Below, in pieces: positions 9,390-19,716 of a stretch of DNA of 64,000 bases. This stretch comes from Bacteriovoracia bacterium (lineage in GTDB: Bacteria; Bdellovibrionota; UBA1018; JBFWNL01). The stretch spans positions 427,825-491,824 of the forward strand of contig JBFWNL010000001.1 in the NCBI GenBank assembly GCA_050251055.1. Direction: 5' to 3'. Below the pieces are notes generated by a model that saw nothing but the letters and a program-made list of their open reading frames with translations, was not told the DNA's origin and made no database searches. The position numbers were made by a program, and so were the translations under genes. Position 1 is the first letter of the stretch. Each line of letters starts with the position of its first letter.

Positions 9390-12300
9390 ATGGGATTCTC
9401 GCGCGTATTTGAAAAATCCCTGTGCCTGTTACTTGCCACGCTCGTGAGCCTGCCTCCGAGTGCGATGGCAGGCGAACCTTCGACCCGTCCCGCCGAAGCT
9501 CCAAAAAACGGGGCCTATGACCCTACCCTGCTCGATTACCAACGACGCTTTCAAGCGCCCGAAGCAAAAGATTTCGAGCAATACCGAGACCAAGCCAGCG
9601 ACGCCGCCGGCATCTTCAACCTCATGAGTAGCGGGATGAGGCCCGCGGCCAGCGGTGGTCCCGAGATCCCTCCGGACATCTTGCATTCCTTCGAATCGTT
9701 CCGCGCCTCCGTCGCCCTCGTTGGTCGCAACGGCATGCGAAACAATGACAGCCTGCACGCGCTCGCTAACCAAACTGCCGCGAAAACCGAAAAAGAACGT
9801 CGAAAGATGAGCGATGCGCTGACGGATCCCAATGACCGCCGCATTTCCGAAAAAATCACCCAAGCCGGCAAGATCCGCGACAACGTCCAGAAGTACTTAT
9901 TGAACAACGACCCCAAGATCACGCCCGAGATGAAATGGGGCGTTTTCCGCCGATATCTCGAGGATGTGGTCAACCCCATCGACGACCTCGTGCGTTTCCT
10001 GCACATCTCCTATCCCGATGGCCGCGCTTATGTCGGCGGAAACGCCTCGCTCATAATGGCGATCCCCCGATCGATGATTAAGGGCGAGAACGAACGAGCG
10101 ACGCTCATGCTGTCCGGCTACGTGGCGAGCGAAGGCAAATACCCCGGCAGTCAGATGTGCGTAATGGAAGTCGACTCCACGGCGCGGCTCGCAACCGACC
10201 TGCGCGCCATCATGCTCGCCATCAACCAGTCTCAGAACGGCACGAAGGACATGAACGCCGACATGTACCTGCACGGGTTGCGGCTGATGTCGCTGCAGAT
10301 GCTCCTCTCGCAGCTCGAGTACTATAAAAAACTCGCGGGCACCTCGGAAGACGTGGAACTGCCGGATGGCTGCATGAAACGCTTCCAGATGGACGAAGCC
10401 ACGAAAATTCACTTCAAAGACGATCCGGTCACCACCCAAAACGCACGTATCGATGAACTACTCGAACGTATGAGCGTTATTCCGCCAACGAACCAAGCCG
10501 ACCCTGACCCGGAAAAAGAAGTCGCCCGCCAGCGCCGCTACGCCTACTACATGCAGACCGTGTCCCCGAGCGTGGTCGAAAGCGGCTTCCGTGGCGTGCT
10601 CCCGTTCGCGCAGCGGCGCCGGGCCGAGCGTGCGGCCAACTACTATGGAAAAGTCGCCGAAGGACCAGCGTTCGATGATTTCACTCAGTTTGACGATGTA
10701 ATGCCGCGGTTAGACCCCGTTATGGAAAAAGCTGTGCACAGCGAGCTGAGCCCCTACTTTGGTCGCCAGGACCTGCGTGACGCCGCGACCGAAGATAGAG
10801 TCATGGCCGATCTGCGGGAAATCACTGCCGTCCGGCATGATTTGCATACCTCTGACTACTTCGAAAAGAGCCGGCGGACGATTTTTGCCCGGGAACTCTA
10901 CGCGGTCGAACGAGCGGTGAACCTACCTTCAACCAGCGGGAAGCCGGAGTATCGCAATCCACTCCAACAAACGAATCCCAGCGAGATCCTCAATGGCTAT
11001 GGAAGAAGGGACCCTATCGCGGAGGCCGATCGGCTCAAGGCGATGGGTGCACAACGGGCGCAGGCTTATTTCGCGAATATCCAAAGCGATGCTCGTACTT
11101 ACGGTGCACCCGACCCCCTCAAGGGTTTTCGCCGCGGTCCCGAGCACGACGCACTGATCCTGGAGACGAACGACCCTATCCCTCCCTGGTTCGAAGGTAC
11201 CGTCTATCGCCTACCTCCGCGAAAAGACATCGACCCTTCGCAGGACCAGATCCCGGTCCAAGTCTTCACCGTCAAAACGATGAAGGGTGAAATTCCCATC
11301 GCGCCAGGCCAGGGCATCCGCGTCGATCAAAACGGAATGCCGGAAGGGATGTTTAGCGTCAGCACCCCCCAAACGGGCAACGGCGTACCGAGCTCACTGA
11401 ACTATGACCTCATCCGATTGATCGATGGCATGCCAATCTATGATCGCCATCGAGTAGCGACCGTGCTCCGCGCGGAATTAAAAGCCGGAACGAACCAAGC
11501 CGACAAGCTGGCAGACCGAATCTCCGGACTAGGCTGGAACGATCCTCAACTCGTGCCACCCGCCGTAAGCGAACGTCTGCGGAGGCAGACGATCGACTAC
11601 TCGATCATGCCGCATCTCGACTCTAGCGACGACTGGGTCAAAAGCGCGCTGGGCGATCTTTCGGAGTACCTGCAAGATCGGACGTCCTATCGCAAGCTTC
11701 TAGAAAAGATGGAGTCCACGTCGGCGGGGCGGCGCCTGCTCGAAAAATACGGCCAAGGCAATGCCACCTTGGGGCTGGCTGTCATTCGGGGGAAACTCCG
11801 AACTTACGCCCGCCCGGGCCCGGCGAGCACTGACTATAGCCCGCTTCGTCCCGTCCCGCGCGAGAGCGCCGAATTCCGCGCCCTGTATAATGACCTGCGG
11901 GAAATCTGGAAATCCGCCGATCTTCCGAGCAAGCGCGCCAACGCATGGGATTACCTATCCGGCCAGATCAGCGGACAAGTCGCCAACCCCTGGGCAATGA
12001 TCGCGCTCGGAGTGGAAGTAGAGCGGGAGCGTAAAAACCAGAGTCCCCATGCCCGCAGCGAGATCAACGGATTTGAAGCGGGCGTCACCACCTTGGGGCT
12101 GGGCAAAGGCAAGGCCTTCAGCCCGATGCACGGAAACCGCGTGGCGCTGCCGGAAGCTCAATTTCGCGATGCTTGGCGGGAAGCGGTGCGGGAGGAAGAC
12201 GCGCGTTTTGGCTACCTGCTGAACGCACCCGTCAACTGGCATACGATGGGACAAGCGAACGCTTGGCGCGGATATGAGAACGCCCGGGCTACCTACGCCG

Positions 12301-14897
12301 CCCAGAAGAATAGATACGACAGTGTGCAACGAGACCCCGTGCAGAGCATGTTAGACATGGGGCAAACGCGGGAACCGAGTGCTCCGTCACAGCCCTATCA
12401 GTTTTCGAATTACTACGACCCTATCGAGCGCATCGCCAATCATTACTACTACACCCCGGAAGAAATCGAAGCGGTGCGGAAAGAGATTTATCCGTTCGCG
12501 GAGCGGAACGGACTACGCGGCAACGATTTCAACCGCGCACGTCGAGAGTCCAACCGCACGGATCAAGAAGGCGTGAGCGCACTCGACGAAATCGAGCAGA
12601 TCGCAAGTTCTGAAAAGCACGAAGACGCGCGCCTGCTCGCCCAAGTCATCAATAATCCCGAAGCCCGGGATCAGCTGATGGATAAATTCGCGGAACGCCA
12701 ACTCGCGTCCGGCGGCTCGCTTGAATTCGGCCCGGGCGAGGCGCGCGCCGAACTCTTGGAGTACCAACGCGACGTCAAGCGATCCCTACTTCATCCCCTC
12801 GTGCGCTCCGCCGCCCTCGAGCAGCAGAAGCAGGTGAAGGCGATGATCGATCAAATCTGCAATCCCAAGCTCGACCTCACTCAACCCGAGGACCAAAAGG
12901 TATTCGCCGAACTTTACTTCAAGGTCATGGGCCAACAGGACAAGCTCAATCACCTGCTCGGCCTCCCGGGCCTGCCGCCAGCGGTCATGCAGCGCCTAGA
13001 GGCCATGTCCCACTCGGAAAAAGTGAAGATGATTTGGGACCTGGGGCAGCTCCCGTTGATGCTCGGCATGGCGCTCTTCGGGGGAACCTGTATCGCGCTC
13101 ACCGGCGGCATCTGTGGCGTGGTCATGGCCGCGCTGATTGTCGGCGGCCAGGCGGCAAGCTTTGGCCTGACGGTCGATAACTATGTCGACGCCCGCGAGC
13201 GCGCGGCCCGCCTGGAACCCTTCATCGGCATGGGGCTAACGGCCGTGGACGCCGATCGCCAACTCATCGATAACCGCTCGCGCTTTTCCATTCCCTTCCT
13301 GATCGACGACGACGAAACCGGCAACAAGGAACTGGTCTTCGAAGCCGCCATGCTCCTGCCCGGAGTCCAGATCGTCAAGGAAGGCTTCATGGCCGGGAAA
13401 ATCATGGTCAGTAGCGGTGCCCGTCGCCTGATCACGCGCATGGCCCCGGCGGAACGCGCGCTTGCGGGCGAAGCGATCTTGGAGGCCGTGGAAATTTCAC
13501 GTGCCGGTCGTTTAGCGCGTCTCCCGCTTCCCCACGCCGAACGCTTGGCCAAGGCGGCTACGGACGTCACGTCCAATGGCGAGGATCTCCTACAAGCCCT
13601 CAAAGCCCAAACGCGTGTCCCCACTAAGGCCGTCACCGAGCAGCACCTGGCCGAACAGGCCGCCAAGCAGTTTGGGGGCAACAAACGCTCGTTCGCCAGC
13701 TATATGTTCCGGGACGCCATGGGGCACAGTTTCTTTGGCGTGAACGGAGCGGTACGCATCAATAGCCGCGCCGCCACCGTAACCACCATGCAAGCCGACC
13801 AGGTCGCCATGCTCGGAAAAGCCGTCGAGCAGGCCCGGGCCTTAAGAACGGCCGGAAAGCTTGCGCCCAAAGCCAAGGCCGCGCTCGAGAAATTCGAGGA
13901 ACTGGAAAAAACCGCCGGCCGCACCAATGCCTTGCGCCAGCTGGCCCTGGACACTTCGCAAGTCAGCGATGATCTGGTCGAGAGCATGCCTTTCCTTTCA
14001 CGGCGCTGGACCTACCGAAACTGGGGCTCGAACCGTTTGGGCCTGGACACCGACCGCGTTCTACGCGCGATCGAAAGTAGCGAAAAACCTCTCGCGCAAG
14101 CCATCCTCGACAACGGCCCCGCGTTCTGGGATGTCACCAAACGCCTCCCCATCCAGAAGCGCGGCGCTTTCGTCGGTATGTTTCTCAAGGGCGCGCCCGA
14201 CTGGTTGACCAAGGACCTGGGTAGCTTACCCTTCCTGCGCCAGCTCACCGCGAAGTCGAACTTATTGGACCTCGCCCACGCCCGCGACGTGCTTTTAAAT
14301 GCCGCCGATGTCGACGATGCCGCCCGTGCCGTGAAAGCGGCGCTGCTGGAAAACGGGCTGGTCACCACCGGCGAAGCCGCACGCATTAATGGGCTGCAGA
14401 GCCAGTACATGTTCAATATTATGCGTAAAGCCGCGCTGGAGCGAGGCGATCGCATGGTCACCGCCAGCGGCCAAACCTTGGCCCAAGCCCTGAGCGAGGG
14501 GGAGCTAAAAATTGCGCAGGCGGTGTCGCAGCGTTTTTCCAAGCCCGGGATCATGCAACGACTGACCAACCCTAGTCTCTGGCGGAACAAGAGCGCGTGG
14601 AAAGAGTTCTTTGAAACCGGAATTCAGGACCCCGAGCGCGTGCGAAGAATTCTCTTCGCCCCTCAAAATCAAATGGAGCTGGCTCTACGGCGCGTGCTTC
14701 TGGAAAACTCGGACGGGCGGACCATTCTGGAAGTGTCGGGTTCGGCCAAGTATGCCCACGAAATCGCCGAGGCGCTTCGCAAACCCGCAAACGACTTGGA
14801 GCTAGACGCCATGCTACAGGCCGAGATGATCGAAGCGCTCATCCGTCGGAACATCGTCGATCCCCTCGGCGCGAAGCCGAACCTGCCGGCGTTCTAA
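9390..14897 (+). CDS. Giant (1835 aa) secreted hypothetical protein with internal Gly-rich hydrophobic hairpin
   Basis: Uninterrupted 5.5 kb ORF; Sec signal ending SAMA; hydrophobic segment at about residues 1214-1262; no family recognised. Confidence 0.85.
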   Translation: MGFSRVFEKSLCLLLATLVSLPPSAMAGEPSTRPAEAPKNGAYDPTLLDYQRRFQAPEAKDFEQYRDQASDAAGIFNLMSSGMRPAASGGPEIPPDILHSFESFRASVALVGRNGMRNNDSLHALANQTAAKTEKERRKMSDALTDPNDRRISEKITQAGKIRDNVQKYLLNNDPKITPEMKWGVFRRYLEDVVNPIDDLVRFLHISYPDGRAYVGGNASLIMAIPRSMIKGENERATLMLSGYVASEGKYPGSQMCVMEVDSTARLATDLRAIMLAINQSQNGTKDMNADMYLHGLRLMSLQMLLSQLEYYKKLAGTSEDVELPDGCMKRFQMDEATKIHFKDDPVTTQNARIDELLERMSVIPPTNQADPDPEKEVARQRRYAYYMQTVSPSVVESGFRGVLPFAQRRRAERAANYYGKVAEGPAFDDFTQFDDVMPRLDPVMEKAVHSELSPYFGRQDLRDAATEDRVMADLREITAVRHDLHTSDYFEKSRRTIFARELYAVERAVNLPSTSGKPEYRNPLQQTNPSEILNGYGRRDPIAEADRLKAMGAQRAQAYFANIQSDARTYGAPDPLKGFRRGPEHDALILETNDPIPPWFEGTVYRLPPRKDIDPSQDQIPVQVFTVKTMKGEIPIAPGQGIRVDQNGMPEGMFSVSTPQTGNGVPSSLNYDLIRLIDGMPIYDRHRVATVLRAELKAGTNQADKLADRISGLGWNDPQLVPPAVSERLRRQTIDYSIMPHLDSSDDWVKSALGDLSEYLQDRTSYRKLLEKMESTSAGRRLLEKYGQGNATLGLAVIRGKLRTYARPGPASTDYSPLRPVPRESAEFRALYNDLREIWKSADLPSKRANAWDYLSGQISGQVANPWAMIALGVEVERERKNQSPHARSEINGFEAGVTTLGLGKGKAFSPMHGNRVALPEAQFRDAWREAVREEDARFGYLLNAPVNWHTMGQANAWRGYENARATYAAQKNRYDSVQRDPVQSMLDMGQTREPSAPSQPYQFSNYYDPIERIANHYYYTPEEIEAVRKEIYPFAERNGLRGNDFNRARRESNRTDQEGVSALDEIEQIASSEKHEDARLLAQVINNPEARDQLMDKFAERQLASGGSLEFGPGEARAELLEYQRDVKRSLLHPLVRSAALEQQKQVKAMIDQICNPKLDLTQPEDQKVFAELYFKVMGQQDKLNHLLGLPGLPPAVMQRLEAMSHSEKVKMIWDLGQLPLMLGMALFGGTCIALTGGICGVVMAALIVGGQAASFGLTVDNYVDARERAARLEPFIGMGLTAVDADRQLIDNRSRFSIPFLIDDDETGNKELVFEAAMLLPGVQIVKEGFMAGKIMVSSGARRLITRMAPAERALAGEAILEAVEISRAGRLARLPLPHAERLAKAATDVTSNGEDLLQALKAQTRVPTKAVTEQHLAEQAAKQFGGNKRSFASYMFRDAMGHSFFGVNGAVRINSRAATVTTMQADQVAMLGKAVEQARALRTAGKLAPKAKAALEKFEELEKTAGRTNALRQLALDTSQVSDDLVESMPFLSRRWTYRNWGSNRLGLDTDRVLRAIESSEKPLAQAILDNGPAFWDVTKRLPIQKRGAFVGMFLKGAPDWLTKDLGSLPFLRQLTAKSNLLDLAHARDVLLNAADVDDAARAVKAALLENGLVTTGEAARINGLQSQYMFNIMRKAALERGDRMVTASGQTLAQALSEGELKIAQAVSQRFSKPGIMQRLTNPSLWRNKSAWKEFFETGIQDPERVRRILFAPQNQMELALRRVLLENSDGRTILEVSGSAKYAHEIAEALRKPANDLELDAMLQAEMIEALIRRNIVDPLGAKPNLPAF

Positions 14898-14925
14898 CGA
14901 CGTCCGACGCCCTCACTTAGTGGAA

Positions 14926-15987
14926 CTAGAAACAGCCTTCTTCTTGGCCGCGACGAAAGGCGGCGGCGCGAATATCATCGTAATCGCCCACTTCCTTTCC
15001 TTCGGCGTTCACCACTTTTCCTAGTCGATTCTTAGGGTCTTTCGGGAAGCCCTTTTCGTCGAGGTCGCCCAGCATCCGATTCTTCATGAACTTCTGGAAG
15101 CCGGCGGGGGACCTTTCTATGTCGGTGGCTTTCGCGAAGTCAGCCATCATTTCGGTTCTCAGCTTGAGCTCAGCCGGATCCAAGCGATCCATGAAGTGCC
15201 GATCCAGCATGCCGGAGTCCATCAGTTTCTTGAGATCGACCTGCTTATTAGGATCAAATCCATAAAGATTGAAAACCGAAGAAATAAAGGCGCGGCCGTC
15301 CTTCGACTTGCGTAAGTCCCGGATCACATTGGCCTGGGATTCCAGCACGGCGAGCTGGGTCGAATCAGAAGTTGCCCTAAGTACCGCGTCCCCCGAGGCG
15401 CCGTTGATGCCGGCCTCCCGAAAAGCAATCGCCATATTGGCTTGCGCGTCCCTCACGGTCTTTGCCTTGGCGGCGGCGCTCTGGATTCGACCTTCGGCGG
15501 CCGTCCCCACCCGGCGCAGGACTTTGTTGAGTCCCAATCCGTAAAAACCGCCTTCGTTACAATCGACCGCTTCGAATACTTCCTTGCCGATCGTCTGGTA
15601 GCGCGCTTCGGTCTTCACGAGCCTTTGTAGAGTTTCCGTCATTTGCGAATTGCTAAGTTTAGCCACGCCATTTAACTCGAGATGGCTTGCAATACCGCTC
15701 CTCGACGCCCACGCTTCCACCGCTTTCACATCCGCCATATCCACACCGGCCTGCCGGGCGGCGACGTGGAGCGCTTGATAGTAATGTTGACCGGCCGCAA
15801 GCTGATCACCCGTGTAGCCGATCGCCTTACCGGCGGCCCGGAAAAGCTTATCCATTTCGGAGCCGGGTACCGCTTCTTCGAACGCCCGCAATATCCCACC
15901 CACCCCGCTCGCGTATGCGGCTAGGGGTAGCCCAAGCATCAGGGCCATGACAACCAAACGGGACGATTTCTTCCTGAAAAAAGTCAT
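14926..15987 (-). CDS. Secreted hypothetical helical protein
   Basis: GGAGGAG RBS; signal peptide ending AAYA; two Cys (VDCN and terminal GCF); extended -10 TGCTACAAT upstream. Confidence 0.8.
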   Translation of the reverse strand: MTFFRKKSSRLVVMALMLGLPLAAYASGVGGILRAFEEAVPGSEMDKLFRAAGKAIGYTGDQLAAGQHYYQALHVAARQAGVDMADVKAVEAWASRSGIASHLELNGVAKLSNSQMTETLQRLVKTEARYQTIGKEVFEAVDCNEGGFYGLGLNKVLRRVGTAAEGRIQSAAAKAKTVRDAQANMAIAFREAGINGASGDAVLRATSDSTQLAVLESQANVIRDLRKSKDGRAFISSVFNLYGFDPNKQVDLKKLMDSGMLDRHFMDRLDPAELKLRTEMMADFAKATDIERSPAGFQKFMKNRMLGDLDEKGFPKDPKNRLGKVVNAEGKEVGDYDDIRAAAFRRGQEEGCF

Positions 15988-16026
15988 ACTCACACGCTCC
16001 TCCGCTTCAAATTGTAGCAAGGCCTA

Positions 16027-16053
16027 TTAAGATCTCAATGGATAACCCGATCA
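16027..16053 (+). promoter_or_regulatory. Candidate sigma28 promoter
   Basis: TTAA-N15-CCCGATCA, 24 nt upstream of ATG 16077. Confidence 0.4.
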
Positions 16054-16076
16054 GACTATTACAGGAGGGGTGGTCC

Positions 16077-16796
16077 ATGCATAGAACCCTATTCGCTTAC
16101 GTCAATATTCTGACGTTACTTTTGGCTACGCCCGCGACTCGCGCGTTCGCCGATCCCACGACGGCCCAGAAGGATGCCTGCAAGAAAGCTTTCAATGACG
16201 CCTGCGCGAAGGTCGTGGCCGATGGCGACAGCCAGCTAGCGATTCTACGCTCCCCCAACGGGGACACTTTCGGATTGGATTGCACCGCTGCGTATAAGAA
16301 CAACGTTTGCCACCGTCCGACTCAAGTGACCACGCCACAGATGATGGACACGATCAACACGGTCGTGCCGGCCTCCACTGACGTGGCGGCCGAATGCAAA
16401 GCGGTGGCCGACGAGTTAAAGATCACGCGCGAGCTCACGGAGCAGCAAAAATCCAATTTAGGTCTCTACGCCGCCATGGGTCTAGGCGGAGCAGCCCTTG
16501 GAGGAGCCGCCGTCGCGGCGGCGTTTCTAAGCAAGGCGGGCGTACCGAACTTCGGAAACGGACGCAGCATTTGCACCGACTTGGGCTCGATGTTCCTGAG
16601 CAAGAACCCAGCCCAGCAAAAAACCATGCTCTATGCCTTCAATCATATGAAGGGGGATTTCGACGAGGTCTGTAAGGCCGATCCCGAGCTCTGCAAACGA
16701 TTCGTCAAGTTTCTCAACGATCCAAGCACGAAGCCGGAAGACGTGAATCGCATCGCCAACGAGCTACAGGTTTGTCATATGAGATTCGCCGGCTAA
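16077..16796 (+). CDS. Secreted Cys-rich protein with glycine-zipper hydrophobic segment
   Basis: AGGAGG RBS; signal ending RAFA; 9 Cys; LGLYAAMGLGGAALGGAAVAAAF segment. Confidence 0.8.
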   Translation: MHRTLFAYVNILTLLLATPATRAFADPTTAQKDACKKAFNDACAKVVADGDSQLAILRSPNGDTFGLDCTAAYKNNVCHRPTQVTTPQMMDTINTVVPASTDVAAECKAVADELKITRELTEQQKSNLGLYAAMGLGGAALGGAAVAAAFLSKAGVPNFGNGRSICTDLGSMFLSKNPAQQKTMLYAFNHMKGDFDEVCKADPELCKRFVKFLNDPSTKPEDVNRIANELQVCHMRFAG

Positions 16797-16818
16797 TCTA
16801 GCGCACGAAAAATAGATC

Positions 16819-16856
16819 GAACGCCCCCAAGCGAAAGCGCGGGGGCGTTTTCGTTT
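16819..16856. terminator. Bidirectional intrinsic terminator
   Basis: AACGCCCCC/GGGGGCGTT stem with T-rich flanks between convergent genes. Confidence 0.75.
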
Positions 16857-16877
16857 CTAAAGCTCGATTCCCAATGG

Positions 16878-18134
16878 CTAGCCGTCGAGCGGCGGCGGCA
16901 CTTCTACCGGGATGTGGCGGCCATCGGCGCTATCCACCACCGACGGATTGATCTTGATCGAAGCGCGCTTATTAAGCGCTTTGATCCACTCCCCGCGCAG
17001 TTCGTTCGATTTCGCCTGCAGGAGTTCGCCTCGGATGCGGGTCGTTTCTTCGCTCGCCGGGCCTGCGAGCTTAGATGGGTCCGCTTCAATCTTCTTGTCC
17101 ACCCACGCCACGACCACGCCGCGGGCCAAAGTGTACGCCTTTGCCTTCCCCCCCTGAGCCGGGTCAATCGGGGACTTGGCCGCAAACGCGTCCTTCATGA
17201 GCTCGTCCGAAGGCCCGAGACCTGGAATATAGGGATTCTTGCGGGAGACCTCGGGGCTGGTCTTCAGCTCCAGACCGTGAGCCTTCACCGAGGCCGCCGT
17301 CGCCCCTTCTTTAATGAACCGGGCCGCCAAGTTCTGGCTCAGCTTGTCGACTTCCGCCGACTTCGTCGAAGTGACGATGACGTCGCGCGCGACCTCCTGC
17401 TTTACCTGGTCAAACGTCTTACCTTTATACTGGGTGGTTTTTAGCTCCTCGAAACGAGCCTTGGCGAGGTTGAGCTTCGGTTCGTCCTTTAGGAAAGCTT
17501 GCACCTCGGTCGCGGGCACGCTCACCTGCTTGCGCATGACCTCGGGCGAGATCAGCACGTACTTGAAGATGCGCTTGGTTTCGGAAACCAGGAACTCCTG
17601 GCGGACCTCTTGACTGGAGACGTGAATGCGGCTCTTGAAATAGTCGTCCCAATGCCCGACCGTGAAACGCTTTTTCATGTCCTGTTCAAAGGTGGAAACC
17701 GAGAGATCGTTTGCCTTCAAGAGCTCGTTATACCGATTAAAGTCAAACTTGCCCTCAACGTGGAAGTCGGGGATCTCCTTGATCCGCGTGCGGATTTCCT
17801 CATCCGAGGGGACCACGCCGACCCGAATGGCTTCCTGGACCATGAGCCGCTGGTTAATCATGTCCCGAAGCACGCCTTCCTTGATCTGAAAGGCCTTCAT
17901 TTGCTCCTCGGTGAGGTTCATCCCGCGGTAAAACTGCATCCGTCGATTTAATTCCCGATTGAACTCGGCCACCGTGATGGCGTCCCCATTCACCGACGCG
18001 GCCATGGAACCGCCAATGAGCTGGCCCGACTTGCCGGGAGTAAAGAGCCCCGAGAAGACGAACACGAACGCGATAAAGCTGATGATGATCCCGACAATCC
18101 AGGGGCCCAAACTCGTTCTCATTGTGCTTAGCAT
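16878..18134 (-). CDS. PpiD/SurA N-terminal-domain periplasmic chaperone, membrane anchored
   Basis: MLxxMR start, N-terminal TM, ASVNGDAIT..EF and F..EGKFD..RY..LL motifs; no clear parvulin domain. Confidence 0.8.
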   Translation of the reverse strand: MLSTMRTSLGPWIVGIIISFIAFVFVFSGLFTPGKSGQLIGGSMAASVNGDAITVAEFNRELNRRMQFYRGMNLTEEQMKAFQIKEGVLRDMINQRLMVQEAIRVGVVPSDEEIRTRIKEIPDFHVEGKFDFNRYNELLKANDLSVSTFEQDMKKRFTVGHWDDYFKSRIHVSSQEVRQEFLVSETKRIFKYVLISPEVMRKQVSVPATEVQAFLKDEPKLNLAKARFEELKTTQYKGKTFDQVKQEVARDVIVTSTKSAEVDKLSQNLAARFIKEGATAASVKAHGLELKTSPEVSRKNPYIPGLGPSDELMKDAFAAKSPIDPAQGGKAKAYTLARGVVVAWVDKKIEADPSKLAGPASEETTRIRGELLQAKSNELRGEWIKALNKRASIKINPSVVDSADGRHIPVEVPPPLDG

Positions 18135-18208
18135 TATTTCTCCTCATGCACCCGGTCACCGGTTGCATTTCATTTCATTCCCCAGTACCCTGTCACGAAG
18201 GGATCTCC

Positions 18209-19150
18209 ATGTTCAAGTATCTGAAAGAATACAGATTTTACATCATCCTGTTTCTTTTTATTTTGATCCCGATCATTTCCATCGACACGACCGCGCGGGC
18301 TCCACGCGATTATCGATTCTACGACAAGGTCATTGTCTCGATCACGACGCCGATTCAAGCCTCCATCACCTGGACCCTCGAGTCGCTCGTTCACCTTTTT
18401 CAGAACTATATTTATCTCTGGAACACTCGGCAAGACAACATTGCGATCATGGAAGAAAATCGCAAGCTTTTGAACACCATCGTCAACCTGCGAGAAACCC
18501 AGGAAGAGAACCTCCGCCTGCGTAAGCTACTCGGATTTTCCGAGGAATTCAGCCTAAAAGCCGTGGTCGCGCGGGTCATCTCAAAGGATGCCTCCACCGA
18601 ATTCCGCACCATCCGCATCAATCGCGGCGAAAGCTCCGGTATCCGTAAGGACATGGCCGTAATTAATAACGAAGGCGTCGTTGGCCGCATTCTACGCGTT
18701 ACTTCCAACACGGCCGATGTCGTGACGATCCTCGATCTGCTTTCCGCCGTGGATTCGATCGTGAAACGCTCGCGCGCGCGCGGCATCGTCGAAGGCATGA
18801 CCGACGAAGCCTGCCAGCTGAAGTTCGCGCTGCGCACGGATGATATTCAACCCGACGACCTGCTCGTTTCCAGCGGTTTGGGCGGGATTTTCCCGAAGGG
18901 AATTCCCGTCGGCAAAGTTTCGGAAGTGAAGAAAAAGGAATACGGCATCACGCAGACCGTGGAGGTACGCCCGAGCGTTGATTTTTCCAAGCTCGAAGAG
19001 GTCCTCGTCATCACCGATCCTCAGCACTCGCCCATGCATGTGACCACGAAGGTCAAGCTTCCGACGGGCACGACCGCTTCGTCCGCGCCAGGTCCCAGCG
19101 CCTCCCCGGCGCCCGAGACCGCTCCTAAGCCGGAGCGTTCGCGACAATGA
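18209..19150 (+). CDS. mreC: Rod shape-determining protein MreC
   Basis: TM, coiled coil ENLRLRKLL, INRG...GI...MAV...GVVGRI, SSGLGGIFPKGIPVG. Confidence 0.95.
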   Translation: MFKYLKEYRFYIILFLFILIPIISIDTTARAPRDYRFYDKVIVSITTPIQASITWTLESLVHLFQNYIYLWNTRQDNIAIMEENRKLLNTIVNLRETQEENLRLRKLLGFSEEFSLKAVVARVISKDASTEFRTIRINRGESSGIRKDMAVINNEGVVGRILRVTSNTADVVTILDLLSAVDSIVKRSRARGIVEGMTDEACQLKFALRTDDIQPDDLLVSSGLGGIFPKGIPVGKVSEVKKKEYGITQTVEVRPSVDFSKLEEVLVITDPQHSPMHVTTKVKLPTGTTASSAPGPSASPAPETAPKPERSRQ

Positions 19151-19713
19151 CGTATTTAATCATCCGTGCCCTCAACGCCCCGATCCTAATTCTGCTCGTC
19201 TCGATCGGCGCCGCGATTCAAACTTCGCTCTTCGCGAACTGGCCGTTTCTTTACCTGCAGCCCGACGTCATCCTGCTCGCCACGATCTGGTGTGCGCTGA
19301 AGCGCTCGTTCACCGAGGGCGGCGTGCTGGTTTTGATCTTAGGTAACGTGGCCGAAGTCCACAGCGGCGCCCCCCGCGGGGTTTTCCTCGCCACCTACAT
19401 GGCGGTGTACCTCATGATCCGCGGCATGGGAAAGCTCGTACTCATCGATCAGCTCTCCTCTTTCGTCGGATTGACTCTCTTCACCTCGATCTTTTGGAAG
19501 CTCTCGGTGCTCTTCGTACTGTCGACATTGGGCATCGGCGAGAACATCTGGCGGCACACCCTCGCCCTCATGCTTCCCTGGGCCGTGATGGAGGGCGTGG
19601 TGGGGACCTGGGTCTTCAAGTGGTTCGAGAAATTCGACTGGGTCACTTTCAAGGACCCGCGCGCGCGCGCCAGCGCCGAAGAGGCGTTGCAACTGGACGA
19701 GGAGGGCCTGTAG
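19147..19713 (+). CDS. mreD: Rod shape-determining protein MreD-like membrane protein
   Basis: Multi-TM protein with IQTS...PD motif, located between mreC and mrdA. Confidence 0.75.
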   Translation: MTYLIIRALNAPILILLVSIGAAIQTSLFANWPFLYLQPDVILLATIWCALKRSFTEGGVLVLILGNVAEVHSGAPRGVFLATYMAVYLMIRGMGKLVLIDQLSSFVGLTLFTSIFWKLSVLFVLSTLGIGENIWRHTLALMLPWAVMEGVVGTWVFKWFEKFDWVTFKDPRARASAEEALQLDEEGL

Positions 19714-19716
19714 TCG

